Notes under the pieces: model-generated
What the model was told of the DNA's origin: nothing
The model's input: the letters and a program-made list of their open reading frames with translations, nothing else
Databases searched by the model: none
Position numbers and translations under genes: made by a program
Part shown: positions 1-10,094 of the stretch, piece by piece
How the letters are laid out: each line of letters begins with the position of its first letter
Numbering within the stretch: the stretch's first letter is position 1
Source of the DNA: Candidatus Poribacteria bacterium
GTDB lineage: Bacteria > Poribacteria > WGA-4E > PCPOR2b
Assembly (NCBI GenBank): GCA_965218095.1
Contig: OZ244587.1
Span: forward strand, 4,928,001-4,992,000
Length of the DNA: 64,000 bases
Reading direction: 5' to 3'

Positions 1-1218
1 ACCCAAAGCGAGTTGCTTGCACACTTTTACAACCCCGAGCGTGAAACGCGCAAAGCCGCCGCTGCCGCCTTGACGGATACGCTCAAGGGTGAGGCTCATG
101 TGTTGACCTTCATCTTCAATACACTCCTCCACGAAAAGCAGATTATGGACGGCCTGCGAGGCTATTCATCGCCCGAGGCATCGCGGCACCTCCACAACGA
201 GGTGGATAAGGCGGTGGTCAACACCGTTGTGGATGTGTGTGCGAATAACTACGATATCGTCGCTGACTATTATCACCTCAAGCGGCGGTTGTTGGGGCTA
301 GGCGAGTTGACCCACTACGATCGATATGCCCCCATCACCGGCGCGCGCGCTAAACTTTCGTTTGATGAAGCACAGCACATGGTACTGGATGCCTTTGGTC
401 AATTTTCAACCCGATTGGCGAAAATTACTGAGCCGTTCTTCAGCAAGCGATGGATTGACGCCGCACCGCATGCAGGCAAACAGGGCGGTGCGTATTGCGC
501 GGGTATCACGCCCAACTTGCACCCCTACGTCTTCATGAACTACACAGGCGAGCTACGTGACGTGATGACGCTGGCACACGAGTTAGGGCACGGAGTTCAT
601 GACGTGCTTGCCAGCAAGCAAAACTTGCTCAACTATCATCCCGTCTTGCCACTGGCGGAGACCGCGAGCACCTTCGGAGAGATGTTGGTGTTTGACAAGT
701 TGCAGTCTACGTTGGCCTCGCCGAAGGAGCGATTGGCGCTGTTGTGTGGCAAAATTGAAGACATCTTTGCCACAGTGTTTCGCCAGATCTCGATGTATCG
801 CTTTGAGCGGGAAGCACACAGCCTTCGCCGCGAAAAGGGCGAGCACCCCACCGAAGCCTACTGTGAAATCTGGCAGCGCGTGATGCAGGAGATGTTTGGC
901 AACTCGCTAAAGTTGGGTGAAGACCATCAGTGGTGGTGGCTTTACATCCCGCACGTGTTCCAACTGTCGTTTTACGTCTATGCTTATGCCTTCGGCGAGT
1001 TGCTGGTGCTGTCGCTCTACGCGCAGTATCAACGTGATGGCGAGTCGTTCGTGCCGTGCTACTTCGATCTGTTGAGCGCTGGCTCCTCCGCCCCTCCCAC
1101 CCAGTTGGTCGCCAACATGGGCGTTGACATCGCTTCTCCCGATTTCTGGCAGGGTGGCTGCGATTTGATCCGTCAGAAAGTCGAGCAGGCGAAGCAATTA
1201 GCGGAAGCAAAGGAGTAA
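1..1218 (+). CDS. pepF: M3B family oligoendopeptidase F (5' partial)
   Basis: HExxH motif TLAHELGHGVH, GKQGGAYC, LAETASTFGE and FYVYAYAFG; the frame is open to the window start. Confidence 0.9.
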   Translation, partial: TQSELLAHFYNPERETRKAAAAALTDTLKGEAHVLTFIFNTLLHEKQIMDGLRGYSSPEASRHLHNEVDKAVVNTVVDVCANNYDIVADYYHLKRRLLGLGELTHYDRYAPITGARAKLSFDEAQHMVLDAFGQFSTRLAKITEPFFSKRWIDAAPHAGKQGGAYCAGITPNLHPYVFMNYTGELRDVMTLAHELGHGVHDVLASKQNLLNYHPVLPLAETASTFGEMLVFDKLQSTLASPKERLALLCGKIEDIFATVFRQISMYRFEREAHSLRREKGEHPTEAYCEIWQRVMQEMFGNSLKLGEDHQWWWLYIPHVFQLSFYVYAYAFGELLVLSLYAQYQRDGESFVPCYFDLLSAGSSAPPTQLVANMGVDIASPDFWQGGCDLIRQKVEQAKQLAEAKE

Positions 1219-1253
1219 AATTTCCAATTCCATTAAGTCAGGAGGAAAGACAA

Positions 1254-1439
1254 ATGCCAATTTATGAATACCAATGCAAAACATGCCAAACCAAATTTGA
1301 AGTTCTGCAAGCCATCAACGTAGATAACAAAGAACTCACATGCCCCACTTGCGGCGTGGAAAAGCCGACGAAGGTCTTTTCAAGTTTTGCCTCCATCGGA
1401 AACGGGAAAACCGCAGCATGTCAGACGGGCTCGACATGA
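1254..1439 (+). CDS. FmdB family zinc-ribbon protein
   Basis: MPIYEYQCKTC...CPTCG signature; RBS aggagg upstream. Confidence 0.88.
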   Translation: MPIYEYQCKTCQTKFEVLQAINVDNKELTCPTCGVEKPTKVFSSFASIGNGKTAACQTGST

Positions 1440-1746
1440 GCGATTCCCGGACAGGACAGTGTGTCCTGATACTGAACTCATGCACAAACACGATTTGTGT
1501 GCGTTCGCTGCTGCCCCAAACACATACGAATGTACATCTGACTTGAGAGCAATGTGGGGTATGAATGATACAAACGAGGAATTCACCTCCCGCGGTGAGC
1601 GTTCTTCCGAACAGATGATACTTTTTGAATCTGCAACAGATCGGTTCCAAATCGACCTTTCTGCATAAACCCAACATAGACTAAGAAACTGGTGTTATCT
1701 AACCCATTCTGGTCTACCACCCTATCTCAAACACGAGGTACTGCTT

Positions 1747-2376
1747 ATGAACAATAAACCAATTGAACTGTATTTAATCGGCGGCGCCACCGGTCTTTTG
1801 AGCGGTGCACTGATGCTCATCTCAAGTTGTCTGGTTACATTCCGCCTACAAACTGCCTCCCTGGGAACACCAGATCTGCGACTCGTGGGTGTTACGCACG
1901 GGTTAAGCGTCGTCAGTCTTATTCTGATTGTGCCAACGGTGGTCGCGCTGTTTGTGCTGCTCAACACTGTCGTGACCGCGCGCAGTTTTCTGGGGCTTGG
2001 TTTTGCGATGATTTGGATTATCATTGAGATGGTTGGACACCTTTCTCAAACAGCTCCGCTCCGTGCATTGAACGAGTTATACCAAAATCAGCCCGCCCAT
2101 GCAATATCGCTTTATCAAGTATCGGAGGAGTTCTGGGAAGCCCTTTTGCTCACCGGAACATTCTTCGCTGGGCTCACGGCTTTATGTTACGGTCTCGCGC
2201 TCATTGGTGGCTGGAATCGTCTGTCAGGCTACCTCTTCTTGCTAACAATCCCGGCGTTTCCAACTGGGTTGTTGATCCCCGGTGTTGGGGTTCAACTCCA
2301 TGTTTTCCTGCGTGGACTTGCCTTCTTGATTGTCGCTGGCATTTTAATCAAAATTGCAATGGCACAGGAGGAGTAA
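1747..2376 (+). CDS. Integral membrane protein (about 6 TM), unknown function
   Basis: 209-aa ORF with several hydrophobic segments; RBS gagg. Confidence 0.7.
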   Translation: MNNKPIELYLIGGATGLLSGALMLISSCLVTFRLQTASLGTPDLRLVGVTHGLSVVSLILIVPTVVALFVLLNTVVTARSFLGLGFAMIWIIIEMVGHLSQTAPLRALNELYQNQPAHAISLYQVSEEFWEALLLTGTFFAGLTALCYGLALIGGWNRLSGYLFLLTIPAFPTGLLIPGVGVQLHVFLRGLAFLIVAGILIKIAMAQEE

Positions 2377-2606
2377 GGATGGGAGACCGGCGATGCCGTG
2401 CGTCGATCAATACTTTCAGTGTATCGAACCCAGATGGGCAACCTACCCCGAAATGAGGCGAAGGCGAGAATGCATGCTTCCCTTGCATCACAGGAGCAAC
2501 CAGATCTCCGTCTTGGTGAAGCCGCTTTAGACGGCTATTTGCCCTGGGATAGCCCTGCATTTGAACCCGTCGAGAAGTTTATCAATCAACTTAGTAGAGG
2601 AATTAA

Positions 2607-4112
2607 ATGGCAGAAGCGCAGCAGTTTTTCGCTCTCGATCTCGGGGCAGAAAGTGGACGGGGTGTATTGGGGCATTTCGATGGTGAACGGCTCAAGTTAG
2701 AGGAGCTCCATCGATTTCCCAATGGAGGCGTGCGTGTGCTGAATAGCCTGCATTGGGACGTTTTGCGGCTCTGGAGTGAGATGAAGCAGGCGCTCTTAAT
2801 CTGTGCGCAGAAGAACATAGATCTGAAAGGTATCGGGCTCGATACATGGGGCGTTGATTTTGCGTTGCTCGGCAGAAACGATATGCTGCTTGGATTTCCG
2901 TACCACTATCGTGATTCGCGTACAGATGGCATGCTAGAGGAAGCCTTTCGTCGCCTACCACGGGTGGAGATTTTTGAACGAACTGGATGTCAATTCCTTC
3001 AGATTAACACGCTATATCAGTTGCTATCGATGGCGGTACATGAATTGCCGCTGATTGAGGTTGCGGAAACGTTTCTGATGATTCCCGATCTATTCAACTT
3101 TTGGTTGACGGGACGGAAAGTCTGTGAATTTACCAATGCGACGACGACGCAGTTTTACGATCCGCAGCAGCGGTGCTGGTCAAAAGAGATCTGCGATGGA
3201 CTCAGTTTGCCGTTTGACATCTTGCCAGAGATTGTGCAACCGGGCACACAACTCGGTACACTCCTCCCATCCGTTGCCGAAGAAACTGGGCTACCGGAGG
3301 TTCCCGTCATTACGCCAGCTTGCCACGATACCGGTTCAGCCGTTGCCGCGGCGCCCGCACGCGGCGAGAATTGGGCGTATATCAGCTCCGGGACATGGTC
3401 ATTGATGGGTATCGAAGTCCCTAAACCGATTCTCACTGATCAGGCGCTCGCGCTCAATTTTACTAACGAGGGCGGAGTGGAGGACACCTTCCGCTTCCTC
3501 AAAAACATCATGGGGTTATGGCTTGTGCAGGAGTGTCGTCGGACCTGGGTGCGAGCGGGCGATGAGATGTCCTATGATCGGATGACGCAAATCGCTGTGA
3601 GTGCAAAGCCTTTCGCTGCGCTGATCGATCCGGATGAGGACGCCTTCTTGCCCGCGGGTGACATGCCATCACGTATCGTTGAATATTGCAAACGCACTGG
3701 ACAAACCCTACCGTCAGACAAAGGCGAGATTGTCCGGTGTGCATTAGAAAGCCTTGCACTCAAATACCGGTGGGTTCTGGAAAAACTGGAAGCTGTCTGG
3801 GGAAGGTCGATCCATGTCATCCATGTCGTCGGCGGCGGAACACAGAATAAGTTGCTCTGTCAATTCACCGCAGATGCGACCAGGGTACCGGTCATCGCCG
3901 GTCCCATTGAGGCGACGGCGATTGGCAATATTGTGGTACAGGCGATTGCGAGTGGAACATCCCGATCTCGGGGCGGATTGATTGGCTCAATCTCTGAGGC
4001 GCGGGAGATTATCCGCCGATCTTTCGACCTCACCACTTACGAACCGCAAGATTTGGAGGAATGGGACGCGGCTTATGATCGGTTTCTGGGGATAACCGGG
4101 CTGCCATCTTAA
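2607..4112 (+). CDS. rhaB: Rhamnulokinase (FGGY family)
   Basis: ALDLGAESGRG, GLDTWGVDF, HDTGSAV, YISSGTWSLMG, FTNEGG, VGGG and GPIEATAIGN. Confidence 0.92.
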   Translation: MAEAQQFFALDLGAESGRGVLGHFDGERLKLEELHRFPNGGVRVLNSLHWDVLRLWSEMKQALLICAQKNIDLKGIGLDTWGVDFALLGRNDMLLGFPYHYRDSRTDGMLEEAFRRLPRVEIFERTGCQFLQINTLYQLLSMAVHELPLIEVAETFLMIPDLFNFWLTGRKVCEFTNATTTQFYDPQQRCWSKEICDGLSLPFDILPEIVQPGTQLGTLLPSVAEETGLPEVPVITPACHDTGSAVAAAPARGENWAYISSGTWSLMGIEVPKPILTDQALALNFTNEGGVEDTFRFLKNIMGLWLVQECRRTWVRAGDEMSYDRMTQIAVSAKPFAALIDPDEDAFLPAGDMPSRIVEYCKRTGQTLPSDKGEIVRCALESLALKYRWVLEKLEAVWGRSIHVIHVVGGGTQNKLLCQFTADATRVPVIAGPIEATAIGNIVVQAIASGTSRSRGGLIGSISEAREIIRRSFDLTTYEPQDLEEWDAAYDRFLGITGLPS

Positions 4113-4158
4113 CAGTTAAACCCCGATCAAAGATCGGGGTTTGAGGTCTATTGGTGTC

Positions 4159-4428
4159 ATGAAAAGTGTGATCATGGAAGTTGCGTATGTGTACGATAGG
4201 TGCGTCCTCCACGGCGATAAAGCCTTCCTGTTGAAGAACTTCGACTACCATCCTTTCCCGACAAGATGTCCCTATTTCGAATCCTTTGACGAGAGATGCC
4301 CGCACTTTGCCCTGGTAGATCACAATCAGCAGGGAGTGAACAATGAACTCCCGATTACGCAATACGTTTTACGCGTCACGTTTAACTTGAGTTATTGTGC
4401 CCGGCAAAGACCTACTCCAACAGATTGA
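4159..4428 (+). CDS. Possible small hypothetical protein
   Basis: Fills the intergenic gap but has no recognised motif; its 3' end runs into heptamer-like repeats and overlaps the next gene. Confidence 0.25.
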   Translation: MKSVIMEVAYVYDRCVLHGDKAFLLKNFDYHPFPTRCPYFESFDERCPHFALVDHNQQGVNNELPITQYVLRVTFNLSYCARQRPTPTD

Positions 4429-5080
4429 ACGTCGCTATCCGATAGTGGAGCAGACAATCCCTCTGACCTCCAGACACATCCGCATGACCGTTGTGAAAAA
4501 TCCAGATCATTTGCTCGAGACGTTGAGCAAAGAAGACCGGGACGGAACACTTCACCTGCCTTATTGGACATACCTGTGGCCATCTGCAATCGGTCTTACG
4601 CACTATCTCGATCAAATTGGCACATTCACAGGGCAGCAAATTTTAGAGATCGGTTGTGGGTTCGGACTCGCTGGGATTGTGGCATGTCAGAAAGGCGGGA
4701 CCGTACTTTTCACCGACTATAAAAGGGGCGCATTGATGTTTGCTCAATATAACGTCTTGCAAAACGGGTGTGCGGACAGAGCGTCCTTTGTTCAGATGGA
4801 TTGGAACGCCCCATGCCTACAGCGTCGATTCTCACGGATTCTTGCCTCAGATGTAATCTACGAGGAGAATAACTGGCAGCCAATTCTCGCGCTAATCCAA
4901 AGGTATTTGACCACAGCGGGTGAAGCCGTGTTCTCTGACCCTAATCGAGCCAACGCTTCTGGTTTTCTTGAGTTGATTGGTCGTCACGGGTTCACACACG
5001 AGAAATACGACTGCGATGTTGCCTCTGTAGATGGGTGTTCTGCCACAATCTCGGTCTACTGCGTGAGACAGACTGAATAA
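4397..5080 (+). CDS. Class I SAM-dependent methyltransferase (Methyltransf_16-like)
   Basis: PYWTYLWPSAIGL, ILEIGCGFGLAG, FTDY and ILASDVIYE motifs. Confidence 0.85.
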   Translation: MPGKDLLQQIERRYPIVEQTIPLTSRHIRMTVVKNPDHLLETLSKEDRDGTLHLPYWTYLWPSAIGLTHYLDQIGTFTGQQILEIGCGFGLAGIVACQKGGTVLFTDYKRGALMFAQYNVLQNGCADRASFVQMDWNAPCLQRRFSRILASDVIYEENNWQPILALIQRYLTTAGEAVFSDPNRANASGFLELIGRHGFTHEKYDCDVASVDGCSATISVYCVRQTE

Positions 5081-5116
5081 TTGAAATTTTCGGACTAATA
5101 AGGAGGAGTGCAAACA

Positions 5117-5827
5117 ATGTCAAAGCATGTCATGTTCATCTTGGGTGAACCGGAGTATAAGTCGGAAGTCACGATGCCGGCGATTGCCAGAGAGCTCGAA
5201 GGCAAATATAATATCACTACCAATGTCTCAATCTGCCGCGTGTTATCCGACCGGACTGACAGTCCGAGTCATGAATTCCCCGATCTCGAAGCGCTGGCAG
5301 ACGCCGACCTTGCTGTATTTTACATCCGTTTTCGGCAGATGCCCGATGAGCAGATGGAACGCATCAAGGCGTATCTGGATTCGGGACGGCCGGTGGTGGG
5401 ACTGCGGACTTCTAGCCATGCATTCCGTTATCCGGAAGACTCCAAACACCACAACTGGAATGATGGGTTTGGCCAGAACGTCTTGGGTGCGCCTTGGCGG
5501 TATCACTACGGCCATGAGTCCAGTACCGATGTAAGAATTATCCCCGAAGTGTCTGATTACCCAATCCTGAAAGGGATTCCCAGCGAATTCCATGTACGGT
5601 CATGGCTATATTATGTGCTGCCGATTACCGATACCTGCAAGCCCCTGCTGATGGGAACTTCCGTGGGCCCGAGCGGGCGAGAGGAACGGGTGGACAATCC
5701 CGTCGCCTGGACCAACACTCACAATGGCGACCGAGTCTTTTACACCTCTATGGGACATCCAGATGATTTTGAAGCCGAAGCATTCCAGGTTTTGCTGACT
5801 AACGGCATTCTCTGGGCAGTGGGCTAA
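5117..5827 (+). CDS. ThuA-like domain protein
   Basis: GRPVVGLRTSSHAF, PVAWT...RVFYTSMGHPDDF...LLTNGILWA; RBS aggagg. Confidence 0.85.
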   Translation: MSKHVMFILGEPEYKSEVTMPAIARELEGKYNITTNVSICRVLSDRTDSPSHEFPDLEALADADLAVFYIRFRQMPDEQMERIKAYLDSGRPVVGLRTSSHAFRYPEDSKHHNWNDGFGQNVLGAPWRYHYGHESSTDVRIIPEVSDYPILKGIPSEFHVRSWLYYVLPITDTCKPLLMGTSVGPSGREERVDNPVAWTNTHNGDRVFYTSMGHPDDFEAEAFQVLLTNGILWAVG

Positions 5828-5882
5828 TCTTTACTAGACTGAGTCGACTGAAACGTCAAGTTGAAACTTTCATGGGTATATA

Positions 5883-6704
5883 TCACGCTTCTTCCCACGC
5901 ACGACGAACGAAAGAGATCGCTTTTTCAAAGCCTTCTTCTCCGGTACGGCTCGCCTCCTCAATACTCAACCAACCATCGAAACCGTTGCGTTTCAAAATG
6001 GAGAAGACTTGCTTGATGGGAGACACGCCGGTGCCAACAAGGACAGGCTCAAAAACACCAGAGGCGCGAATGTCGAACGCGTGGACGACGACCACTTTTT
6101 TTATAACGGCTTCTAATAACGCTGTGGGCTCTTCGCCGATGACCAGCGGATTTGCCGTATCAAAACAGACACCCAAGGAGGTTTCAGCAAGATTGTTGAG
6201 AATTTCCAGAAAGATCTCTGCGGGCTGCGAGAAATCCCAATACTGCCAGGGCGCACCTTTAGTATGATTCTCATAAACCAAAGTCACTCCCATTTTATCC
6301 GCCTCATCAAGCGCTTGGCGGAGTCCCTCAACCGCCCAGCGAACACCCTGTTCTCGATGGATGCCGGGGTGGTTCTGCCCGGCAGTCACGCGGGCGAACC
6401 TGGCTCCCAGCGCCGCAGTCAGTCGCACGTCGGCTTTCATCTGTTCTATTTCTTGCGTACGTTGCCCGGCATCCGGGTGGGTGAAATCGGGATAACACGC
6501 TAGCATGCAAAGCTCGATACCCACTTTTTGAGCCATCTCGGAGATGGTGTTAAGCACTTGTCTCTCTCGGGTTGGGAAGAATTTCACACTGAAGTCAACG
6601 CCATCCAATCCGAGGGCAGCGGCAAAATGCACCCAATCGACAACTGATTTCTTGCCGCTAAAGATATCGTCATAGAATGAAACGGGTATACAACTTAGTT
6701 TCAT
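5883..6704 (-). CDS. Sugar phosphate isomerase/epimerase (xylose-isomerase-like TIM barrel)
   Basis: YENH, FDTAN, VGTG and FDGWLSIEE metal-binding motifs. Confidence 0.85.
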   Translation of the reverse strand: MKLSCIPVSFYDDIFSGKKSVVDWVHFAAALGLDGVDFSVKFFPTRERQVLNTISEMAQKVGIELCMLACYPDFTHPDAGQRTQEIEQMKADVRLTAALGARFARVTAGQNHPGIHREQGVRWAVEGLRQALDEADKMGVTLVYENHTKGAPWQYWDFSQPAEIFLEILNNLAETSLGVCFDTANPLVIGEEPTALLEAVIKKVVVVHAFDIRASGVFEPVLVGTGVSPIKQVFSILKRNGFDGWLSIEEASRTGEEGFEKAISFVRRAWEEA

Positions 6705-6832
6705 CGTTGAACCTTCATTTCTGTTGAGTGGGTTGGAAAAGAATCTCGATTATCATGAGCATATCATTTTTTAAAGTTTTTGTCAAACCGCAACTTCTTG
6801 AGAATTTACAAACGAACGGGGTGAAATCGAAA

Positions 6833-7261
6833 ATGAAACAACGGTCTGCTATTTTTCTCGTTGCAGTCAACTGTTTTCTGTTTGCCTGTGATGATAACGC
6901 CAGAGAGCATTAGAATCAAGGCGTTCACTACCAGGCACAAGGTAAGCTGGATGAAGCCATTGCTCAGTATAAGAAGGCGATTCGCATTGACCCGAACCAT
7001 GCACAGGCAAATTACAATCTGGGAGGCGCCCACGACATACAAGGCAAACTCAATGACGCCATTATCCGGTTCAAAACAGCCATCAGCATTGACCCTCTTG
7101 ATGCAGAAATGCATTACGATCTTGGACTGGCTTATGAGAATCAAAGTGACAATAAACAAGCCATCATGCACTACAAGGCGTTTGTCCGCCTCGCTCGCAC
7201 CTATAAATTGTATGAGGATTGTACTCCTGACCTCGAACGTCGGATACAAGAATTGAAATGA
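6833..7261 (+). pseudogene. TPR-repeat lipoprotein with in-frame TAG
   Basis: Manual translation gives MKQRSAIFLVAVNCFLFAC-DDNAREH*NQG...GKLDEAIAQYKKAIRIDPNHAQANYNLG...DPLDAEMHYDLGLAY...ELK*. The TAG at 6911-6913 sits where TPRs have Tyr. Absent from the ORF track. Confidence 0.82.
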
Positions 7262-7276
7262 AGTCTAATTCTTCGT

Positions 7277-7399
7277 ATTAAGCTGAAACATCGGGTGGGT
7301 TTAGTCGGATTGAAACAGGTAACTGGGTTTATCGATATATTCGAGTCTCATCCCGGCACGAAGGTCACGGCGATCTGTGCCATTGACTTTTTTGTTTGA
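7277..7399 (+). pseudogene. N-terminal remnant of a Gfo/Idh/MocA-like oxidoreductase
   Basis: KLKHRVGLVGLKQVTGFIDIFESHPGTKVTAICAID resembles the Rossmann start of this family and then stops. Confidence 0.5.
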
Positions 7400-7425
7400 C
7401 ATAAAAACCCATTGAGTGATATGAT
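7396..7425 (+). promoter_or_regulatory. Sigma70-like promoter for the crystallin/SPFH operon
   Basis: TTGACA-18 nt-TATGAT with a TGn extended -10, 43 nt upstream of ATG 7469. Confidence 0.5.
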
Positions 7426-7584
7426 AAATACCGCGTTATCAAGATAGATCTTAATTCCGAGGGAAGACATGCCAACCGTCATACCACGTCTCATTGCTGA
7501 GGTTTTCGAGCATACGAACTTCAGAGGCAGAAGAGGATATGTGATCGAGCCGGTGCAATTTACACGCGACATCGGATTTCAGGA

Positions 7585-7959
7585 GTATGGATAGGTAGAT
7601 TCCTTACGGGATTTTCCCCCCATCAAAACCGTGCGTGCGACTTTCACCGCACACGGCTCGCCCTGCCAATTACCGATTATCTTATACTGGTAATGCTTAA
7701 TAATGCTTTGAAGTCTTAGGCTGTCTAACTTACTGCATCACTTAAAAGATAATCTCAGCCATACTTACTTTGTATCGTTCAGAACATGGGGACGAGTTGC
7801 CAAGTATGTAGCAGGGACTTGATTTGCTCTCATTTTCCCTTAATCTGTTTATGATACATTTCAGTATGTTGACACTAGGCAGGCTTTGCATAAAATGCTT
7901 TTTCTGCCTTCCTCTCCCATATCATCTTTAAGATGACTTAGGGACTCTTTTAATCTCAC
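7585..7959 (-). mobile_element. Group II intron 3' remnant (domains V and VI), antisense to the host gene
   Basis: Reverse complement of 7659-7585 is GAGCCGTGTGCGGTGAAAGTCGCACGCACGGTTTT (DV with AGC triad, GAAA loop, AC bulge) followed by a DVI hairpin ending CCTATCCATAC. No RT ORF remains; the extent upstream of DV is inferred. Confidence 0.88.
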
Positions 7960-7961
7960 TA

Positions 7962-8837
7962 TGGTAGATCTTAGAATTAATGGTACATTTGAATAATATC
8001 GTGAAGTGTGGTTTCGGGGTGATATTCTCGGTATCGCTTGATATTGGCAAAATCGTGTTCAATCGGATTGTAATCTGGAGAATAAGGCGGTAGGAACATC
8101 AGACTCGCTCCTGAAGCCTCTATCAACTCTCGGGTCCGAGGTGTTTTGTGAAGCCGCGCATTATCAAGGATTACAACCTGTTTTGAAGTCAAACGTGGAC
8201 ATAACTGTTCAGCTAACCAGTCATTGAAATCTACCGCTTTGCAGCTCCCTTTGAACACCCGTGCCGCAATAAGTGTCGCTGTCCGGGTGCGTTGGCTTGA
8301 GATAAGTCCAAAGACTTTTTCCCCTTTGGGTGCATACCCATAACGTCTATAACTTTCGTCTCGAAACCCACTCTCATCGACATAAACAAAAGACTTACCA
8401 GAGGCTTTCACTTGTGCGAGTTGCTGAAGATACGCTTGTCGTTTTTCAGCGCATTGCTCCTTATATCCGAGACTTTTTTTCGGGTGCAACCGATATTTTT
8501 CAGCCCATACCCGATACAAGACTTTGACACACCAAAATGAGCTGCGCGCTCGGCGTAGGTCTGGTCTGGAAAATCAGCGACATGTTTTCTCAGCGCATCG
8601 GGGTCAAGGGTTCGCGGGCGACGGGGCCCTGGTTTTTGACGTTTGAGCGGGTCAGGCGCATTCAACCACTTATACAGTGTTGAGCGGGCGACGGAAAAAC
8701 GGCGGCTCGCTTCGGTCTTACCACCGCCAGCTGCGATAAAATCTAAGACGCGTTTGCGTAAATCTAAAGAATAGGCCATAATAACTATAGGATACCAGCA
8801 ATATAAGAAAATGTCTACTTATTTATAGGGTTCGCCA
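7962..8837 (-). mobile_element. IS630-family insertion sequence
   Basis: Flanked by TA (7960-61, 8838-39); imperfect terminal IRs (tggtagatct...tacatt / tggcgaaccc...gacatt); contains a two-ORF transposase. Confidence 0.88.
7977..8779 (-). CDS. IS630 transposase (orfA HTH + orfB DDE, probable programmed -1 frameshift)
   Basis: MAYSLDLRKRV HTH; YVDESG, VILDNARLH and FLPPYSPDYNPIE; A7 slippery run (T7 at 8474-8480 on +) at the TRKK/PKKS junction. Confidence 0.9.
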
Positions 8838-9938
8838 TAGTTTTGGGTCAGTGCTGACGACTCCGGGTCCTGAGTGGGGCACGATTCCCTTGATCGTCGA
8901 ATGCTATCAGCACCCAGAATACGAGGGGCGTAAAGTCACGGTCTTGCGTGATATTGCTCACACCGGAGAACTCGGTATTGAGGATGCGATCTCCTCTGTC
9001 CGCATCTTCAAGGGGCCAGACTTCCCATGCGAGGGCGCGGAAGTGATCTTCTTTGAGCATGTTGACTTCGAGGGTGCACGGCTGCCGATCCGGATGGAGC
9101 CAATGGATTACAAGAAGGAGGCACCCAATCTTCATCTGCTGCCTCAGAGCTTTGGAGATATTATTTCTTCGATAAAGATCGAGGGTTGGTCCTCCTCCAG
9201 CGAATTCACGGAACTCGTTTTTGAGGATGAATTTATCGGCAACGAGATGCGTCCTGAATGGGAGTGGGAAGATCCAAGAGGTGGAGGCGGCTGGTCAGAG
9301 CGGCAAGGTTACATGGAGATGAATGTTGAGCCGGGACAGGATCTCTGGCACGGCAACCCGCCAGGGCGAGGGGGCAATATGGATGCGCCACGCCTGCTGA
9401 TGGAGGTGGATGGCGATTTTGCCATCGAGTGCCGCATTCGTGTATCGTCACAGTTGAGAGAACATGGCGGTCTCATCGTCTGGAAGGGACCTCACGCTTT
9501 TGTCAGATTAGAAAAAACCTCTGGTCCTCACAGTTTCAGAGGCGATGTCCGATTTGAACGGCATGTCAACCGCGTTTACTCCCTCGTCGGTCGCGGTGCT
9601 GGATTGGTGAGGGTGAGGGAACTCTACTTGCGGCTTGAGCGCCGAGGCAATCTATTTTCAGGGTACGCCAGTTCTGATAGTGTCAGATGGTTAAGTTGTG
9701 GGCAAACAGTTATTGGCATGGGCGATCCGGTGAAGGTTGGGTTTCATGCGCTCTGTCCGGGAAATATTCCGCCGACGCAAACGCGATTTGAGTATTTTCG
9801 TCTCTTCAAGCGAAGGAGCGAAGCCGCTCAATACTCCCCAAGGATCGCGGAGGTTTCACAACAACGCCCTGATGGCGAAGAATATCAGCAGGAATTAGTG
9901 GACGAGCGTCGGCGTGCAATGCGTGATGTGTTCTAAAA

Positions 9939-10033
9939 CGTGATGCGTGACGAGTGATAAATGATGAGTAACGAAGAATGAGTTGCCTTTTACTCATCAC
10001 GAAATACGTATTACTCATCACGAAATACGTAAC
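9939..10033. repeat. Short heptamer-like tandem repeats (STRR-like) with a 21-bp duplication
   Basis: cgtgatg/cgtgacg units and ttactcatcacgaaatacgta x2; related tracts near 4355, 11507, 31686 and 38852. Confidence 0.6.
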
Positions 10034-10094
10034 AGTACAGTTCACGGGTGTGCAGGATCGATAGTATCTTTCAATACACATAGGAGCTCTTCCA

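Larger units (their letters stand above)
7469..9936 (+). pseudogene. Beta/gamma-crystallin + DUF1349/ConA-like protein, interrupted by an intron remnant and IS630
   Basis: The 5' part 7469-7584 (MPTVIPRLIAEVFEHTNFRGRR...DIGFQ) aligns with the start of paralog 10095. The gene resumes at about 8839 (SFGSVLTTPGPEWGTIP). It has FEHxxFxG/ISS Greek-key motifs and APRLL...GDF...YLRLERRGN ConA-like motifs. Confidence 0.85.

Noticed and set aside
1387-1668. Small ORFs after fmdB and at 2398-2700
   Set aside because: No RBS or motif support and they overlap real genes; possibly remnants but unassignable.
7660-7959. Intron-encoded reverse transcriptase, retron or DGR
   Set aside because: No RT motifs (YADD) or long ORF in any frame; only DV/DVI are recognisable.
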